The notes under the pieces: model-generated | What the model was told of the DNA's origin: nothing | Databases searched by the model: none | Seen by the model: only the letters and a program-made list of their open reading frames with translations | Program-made: the position numbers and the translations under genes | Origin: an uncultured Actinomycetes bacterium | GTDB taxonomy: Bacteria; Actinomycetota; UBA4738; JBBDTT01 | Assembly (NCBI GenBank): GCA_963742735.1 | Contig: CAVUMN010000004.1 | Span: 1,056,001-1,120,000, forward strand | DNA length: 64,000 nt | Direction: 5' to 3' | Shown: positions 60,265 to 64,000 of the stretch, piece after piece | How positions within the stretch are numbered: the first letter of the stretch is position 1 | Layout: every line of letters starts with the position of its first letter

Positions 60265-60702
60265 CTAGAGCGGCCGGCGCATCAGGTAGTGGGGTCCGAT
60301 GCCGGGCACGTCGAACTCGTCGCCCTCGGCGCGGAACCCCGCCCGCTCGTAGAACGGCCGGGCTCGCACGCGGGCGTTGCACCACAGCTCGGTGCCGCCG
60401 CGGGCGGCCGCGTGCTCCAGGAGCCAGGCCAGGACGGCCGCCCCGACGCCCCGGTCGCGATGCTCCGGCAGGGTGGCCATCCCTCGCAGCCGCCACGCGT
60501 TGGGGTCGCCCGAGCCCGGCGGCGGCTCGCGCGAGACGCGCCCGACCGAGACCAGCTCGCCCTCGACGAATCCGCCGGCGTGCGCGGTGTCGGGAGCGTC
60601 GTCGGCATCGAACACGACCTCGCTCGCCGGCCGCCCCGGCCGCAGGACCTCCAGGCGGATCGGCCGGGACGCCTCCGCCGTGATCGGGCGGACCTCGGTC
60701 AC
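60265..60702 (-). CDS. GNAT family N-acetyltransferase
   Basis: 'RLEVLRPG', 'WRLRGMAT..HRDRGVG', 'LWCNAR..A..FYERAGF'. Confidence 0.9.
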   Translation of the reverse strand: MTEVRPITAEASRPIRLEVLRPGRPASEVVFDADDAPDTAHAGGFVEGELVSVGRVSREPPPGSGDPNAWRLRGMATLPEHRDRGVGAAVLAWLLEHAAARGGTELWCNARVRARPFYERAGFRAEGDEFDVPGIGPHYLMRRPL

Positions 60703-61013
60703 CGCGCGTCGCGGTGGCGGGTCCACACGTCCCACAGCACCGGGATCATCGCCAGGGCGACCCCCATCGCGTACAGGAAGTTCCAGAACAGCATCCCGTA
60801 CAGGAAGAACACGACGATGCCGGTGAAGATCCACCGCACGCCCGGTCCGAACCCGCGGACCGACCACTCGAACCGGTCGAGCTTCGGCCGCTCGGGTTGG
60901 ATCAGCGTCGTCTGCCCGTAGACGGGCGCCGGCTCCTCGCGGGGGGTCAGGCACCGGGGGCACCAGGCGAGCTCCGCCTGCAGGGGCGCGCCGCACGACC
61001 GGCAGGTCTCCAT
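60699..61013 (-). CDS. Small zinc-ribbon membrane protein
   Basis: 'METCRSCG...WCPRCL' followed by two TM helices. Confidence 0.7.
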   Translation of the reverse strand: METCRSCGAPLQAELAWCPRCLTPREEPAPVYGQTTLIQPERPKLDRFEWSVRGFGPGVRWIFTGIVVFFLYGMLFWNFLYAMGVALAMIPVLWDVWTRHRDAR

Positions 61014-61043
61014 GGCCGAAGTATCGCGCTCCCGCCCACTAGC

Positions 61044-61598
61044 ATGGCCGCGATGGACAGCGTGAAGGGCCAGCTGCTGATCGCCGGTCCCGCCCTGTGG
61101 GACACGAACTTCCGGCGGACCGTCGTGCTGATCGGCGACCACGACGAGAACGGCGCGCTCGGCATCATCCTGAACCGCCCGTCCGGGGCCACCGTCGGCG
61201 AGGCGGTGCCCGCGCTGTCCTCGCTGGTCGGCCCCGAGGAGCCCCTGTTCGTCGGCGGTCCGGTGCAGCCCGAGTCGGCGGTGATCCTCGGCGACTTCAC
61301 CGACCCGGAGCGCGCGGGACTGATCGCGTTCGGCACGGTCGGCTTCCTGATCGGCGACGTCGGGGTCGAGGACGCGGTGAGCCTCCGCGCGGCGCGCGTG
61401 TTCGCCGGCTACGCGGGGTGGGGGCCGGGGCAGCTCGAGCTGGAGATGCAGGAGGAGCAGGCGTGGATCCCCGAGCGCGCCACCTCCGACGACGTGTTCG
61501 GCACCGACCCGGGCCGGCTGTGGGATCGGGTCGTGCAGCGCAAGGGCAAGGAGTTCGCGTTCCTGCGAACGATGCCGTTCGACCCCTCGCTCAACTAG
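61044..61598 (+). CDS. YqgE/AlgH family protein
   Basis: 'GQLLIA', 'NFRRTVVL', 'GIILNRP', 'GGPV', 'FAGYAGWGPGQLE', 'P.DPSLN'. Confidence 0.93.
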   Translation: MAAMDSVKGQLLIAGPALWDTNFRRTVVLIGDHDENGALGIILNRPSGATVGEAVPALSSLVGPEEPLFVGGPVQPESAVILGDFTDPERAGLIAFGTVGFLIGDVGVEDAVSLRAARVFAGYAGWGPGQLELEMQEEQAWIPERATSDDVFGTDPGRLWDRVVQRKGKEFAFLRTMPFDPSLN

Positions 61599-61703
61599 CA
61601 ATCTCTCCCTTGACGACGGGCGTACCCTGTTCGACGGCATGCTGCGCACGAACTGCTTCCACATGAAGCTGCAGCGATCCGGCCGTTCGGCCGTGGTCGC
61701 GCC

Positions 61704-62270
61704 GTGCGCGCGCCCGGCCTGGCCGCCGGCGGAGCTCACTCGTGGGGTTCCGCCGGTGCGCGGCCGCTGAGCGCCTCCCGAGCCCGGGCCGCGGCCGGCA
61801 GCGCGCTGTTCCTCCTGCTTGCGCCGGGCGTCGTCGCGGGCGTCGTTCCCTGGTGGATCACGGGCTGGCGCGCCGGGTCATCCGCCGCGTACGTGCTTCC
61901 CCTCCGGGTGCTCGGCGGCCTCCTCCTCGTGGCCGGGGCGGGGGTCCTGCTGCAGGCGTTCGGGCGGTTCGTGATGGAGGGTGTCGGGACGCCCGCGCCG
62001 GTCGTCCCGACCCGGCGCCTGGTGGTCGGCGGGTTCTACCGGCACGTTCGCAACCCGATGTATCTCGCGGTGCTCTCGATGATCGTCGGCCAGGCGCTCC
62101 TGCTCCGGCGACCGGTGTTGTTCGCGTATGCCGCCGGGATCGCCGTGGCCTTCGTCGCGTTCGTGCGGCTGTACGAGGAGCCCACACTGGCAAGGCAGTT
62201 CGGCGAGGAGTACCAGGCCTACCGTCGCGCGGTGCCCGGGTGGTTCCCGCGCCTCCGCCCCCGGGAATGA
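61704..62270 (+). CDS. Isoprenylcysteine carboxylmethyltransferase / PEMT family membrane protein
   Basis: 'GTPAP..PT..LVVGGFYRHVRNPMY', 'EEPTL..FGEEY..Y...VP'. Start uncertain. Confidence 0.88.
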   Translation: MRAPGLAAGGAHSWGSAGARPLSASRARAAAGSALFLLLAPGVVAGVVPWWITGWRAGSSAAYVLPLRVLGGLLLVAGAGVLLQAFGRFVMEGVGTPAPVVPTRRLVVGGFYRHVRNPMYLAVLSMIVGQALLLRRPVLFAYAAGIAVAFVAFVRLYEEPTLARQFGEEYQAYRRAVPGWFPRLRPRE

Positions 62271-62324
62271 CCCGCGGCGCAGGCCGGTTGTCAGACGACA
62301 CAGTCTCTTCAGGAGGTCACCCCC

Positions 62325-63266
62325 ATGCGCGCGTACGTCGTCGAGGAGTTCGGCAAGCCGGGTTCGGTGCAGGAGATCGAGGACCCCAAGCCGGAGTCGG
62401 GTGACCTGCTGGTCCGGGTCCGCGCCGCGGGCGTGAACCCCGTCGACGCGGGCGTGGTGAACGGCTACCTGGCGAGCTACGGCGAGCACCGGTTCCCGCT
62501 CGTTCCCGGGACGGAGCTCTCGGGGGAGGTCGTCGGGGCGCCGGACGGCTCGCCGTTCGCGGCCGGCGACGCCGTCTACGGCGCGCCCGACCGCGACTAC
62601 TGGGGCGAGGGCACGTTCGCCGAGCTGGTTCGGATCCCCCCGAATCAAGTCGCCGCGAAACCCGAGGCGCTCGACCACGCCGGCGCCGCGAACGTCACCG
62701 TCGCCGGCCTCACCGCGCTGGAGGGCGTCGAGGCCACCGGGCTGGGCGAGGGACAGACGCTGCTGATCGTCGGGGCGACCGGCGGGGTGGGCAGCTACGT
62801 GGTCCAGCTCGCCGCGCTCAAGGACATCCGGGTCATCGCCGTCGGGCGCGGGGCGAACGAGGACCTGGCCCGCGAGCTCGGCGCCGCGGAGTTCGTCGAC
62901 TACACCGCCGGCGACGTGACCGAGCAGGTCCTGGCGCTGCACCCCGACGGGGTCGACGCGGTCTATGACACGAACAGCGACGCCGATGGGCTGTTGAAGC
63001 TCGCCGGCGCGGTGAAGGAGGGCGGGCCGCTCGTCTCCCCGAAGGGCGCGGCGGGTGACGGGGCGGCCATCGAGGCCGCCGGCCGGCGCGGGATCAACGC
63101 GAACCGGGCCGGGATCGACCGGCTCCCCGAGCTGAACCAGCTCTTCGACGCCGGGAAGCTCCGCGTCCCGCCGGCGAAGGAGTACTCGCTGGAGCAGGCG
63201 AACGAGGCCCTCGCCGAGGTCGCTGGCGGCCACGTCCGAGGCAAGCTGGCGATCGTGTTCGGCTAG
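62325..63266 (+). CDS. NADP-dependent oxidoreductase (quinone oxidoreductase-like MDR)
   Basis: AGGAGG RBS, 'AAGVNPVD', 'GATGGVG', 'HVRGKL'. Confidence 0.92.
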   Translation: MRAYVVEEFGKPGSVQEIEDPKPESGDLLVRVRAAGVNPVDAGVVNGYLASYGEHRFPLVPGTELSGEVVGAPDGSPFAAGDAVYGAPDRDYWGEGTFAELVRIPPNQVAAKPEALDHAGAANVTVAGLTALEGVEATGLGEGQTLLIVGATGGVGSYVVQLAALKDIRVIAVGRGANEDLARELGAAEFVDYTAGDVTEQVLALHPDGVDAVYDTNSDADGLLKLAGAVKEGGPLVSPKGAAGDGAAIEAAGRRGINANRAGIDRLPELNQLFDAGKLRVPPAKEYSLEQANEALAEVAGGHVRGKLAIVFG

Positions 63267-64000
63267 CCGAGCACGCGGTCGGTGTAGGCGTTGCGGAAGC
63301 GACCCTCGGGGTCGAGCTTGTGGCGGACGGCCTGGAAGCGGTCCCACTCGGGGTAGGCGGGCGCCAGGTCCTCCGCGGTGCGGAAGTGGAGCTTGCCCCA
63401 GTGGGGGCGGCCGCCGAGCTCCTGCATCCGGGCCTCGACCGGGCGGTAGAAGTCGTCGTACGGGACGCCCTGGAACAGGTGGCAGGCGACGTAGGCGGTG
63501 TCGCGCCCGTACGCGGTGGACAGGAACGCGTCGTCGCCCTTCGAGAACCGGAGCTCGACGGGGAACCCGACGCGGAGCTCGCGGCGGTCGATCTCCTCGC
63601 GCACCGCGTTGAACGCGTCGACGACATGCTCCCGGGGAACCGCGTACTCCATCTCGGAGAACCGGACCAGCCGGGGGCTGGTGAACACCAGGTCGCTGCG
63701 GTCGATGCGCTCGCTCGAGCCCCACCCGGCGGCGATCAGCCTCGACAGTCGCGGGACCAGCTTCGGCCGGGCCCGGCCCAGGCGGCACAGGACCCCGAGC
63801 ACGTGGTTCTCGAGCAGGATGTCGTTCACGTACCGCCCGACGCGGCTCCGGGGCTTCGCGGGCTCGTCGGTCCGGTTGTTGCGAAGCGTCTGCACCCGGT
63901 CGGTGTGCGGGAACCAGTAGAGCTCGAAGTGGTCGTTGGCCTCGACGAGCTCGTCCAGCCGCTCCAGGCACTCTCCGACCCGCATCGGCTGCTCGACCGC
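63263..64000 (-). CDS. FAD-linked D-arabinono-1,4-lactone oxidase family (5' truncated by window edge)
   Basis: 'HFELYWFPHT', 'FSEMEYAVP', 'FPVELR', 'GGRPHWGK', 'LDPEGRFRN'. Confidence 0.9.
   Translation of the reverse strand, partial: AVEQPMRVGECLERLDELVEANDHFELYWFPHTDRVQTLRNNRTDEPAKPRSRVGRYVNDILLENHVLGVLCRLGRARPKLVPRLSRLIAAGWGSSERIDRSDLVFTSPRLVRFSEMEYAVPREHVVDAFNAVREEIDRRELRVGFPVELRFSKGDDAFLSTAYGRDTAYVACHLFQGVPYDDFYRPVEARMQELGGRPHWGKLHFRTAEDLAPAYPEWDRFQAVRHKLDPEGRFRNAYTDRVLG

Noticed and set aside
61639-61770. 43-aa ORF MLRTNCFHMKLQRS... upstream of the methyltransferase-like gene
   Set aside because: No RBS, no recognisable motif and weak codon bias; cannot be supported.

Overview
High-GC (roughly 70%+, by eye) bacterial chromosomal segment, most likely from an Actinomycetota genome (mshA, RsiG/AmfC-like protein, XRE + HBHA-like pair, leaderless-type promoters). 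It is gene-dense: sulfate assimilation (cysH/sat), fatty-acid, proline and homogentisate catabolism, mycothiol synthesis, five class III nucleotide cyclases (three with STAND ATPase+TPR), and many small accessory proteins. Several genes carry single-base frameshifts, mostly in short G/C runs, which look like long-read assembly errors. No rRNA, tRNA, CRISPR array or transposase was seen. The main unexplained features are: (1) a ~300-nt multi-domain structured non-coding RNA candidate at 27794-28099 with its own near-consensus sigma70 promoter; (2) a secreted beta-propeller/vWA protein with a Q/P-rich C-terminal anchor coupled to a divergent FtsH paralogue; (3) an operon joining two cyclase-STAND-TPR paralogues to a cNMP-binding HEAT/MFS-like transporter and a deacetylase; (4) a REPIN-like 33-bp inverted-repeat element present twice; (5) a 37-aa basic ORF after proC in the position where bS22 lies in mycobacteria.
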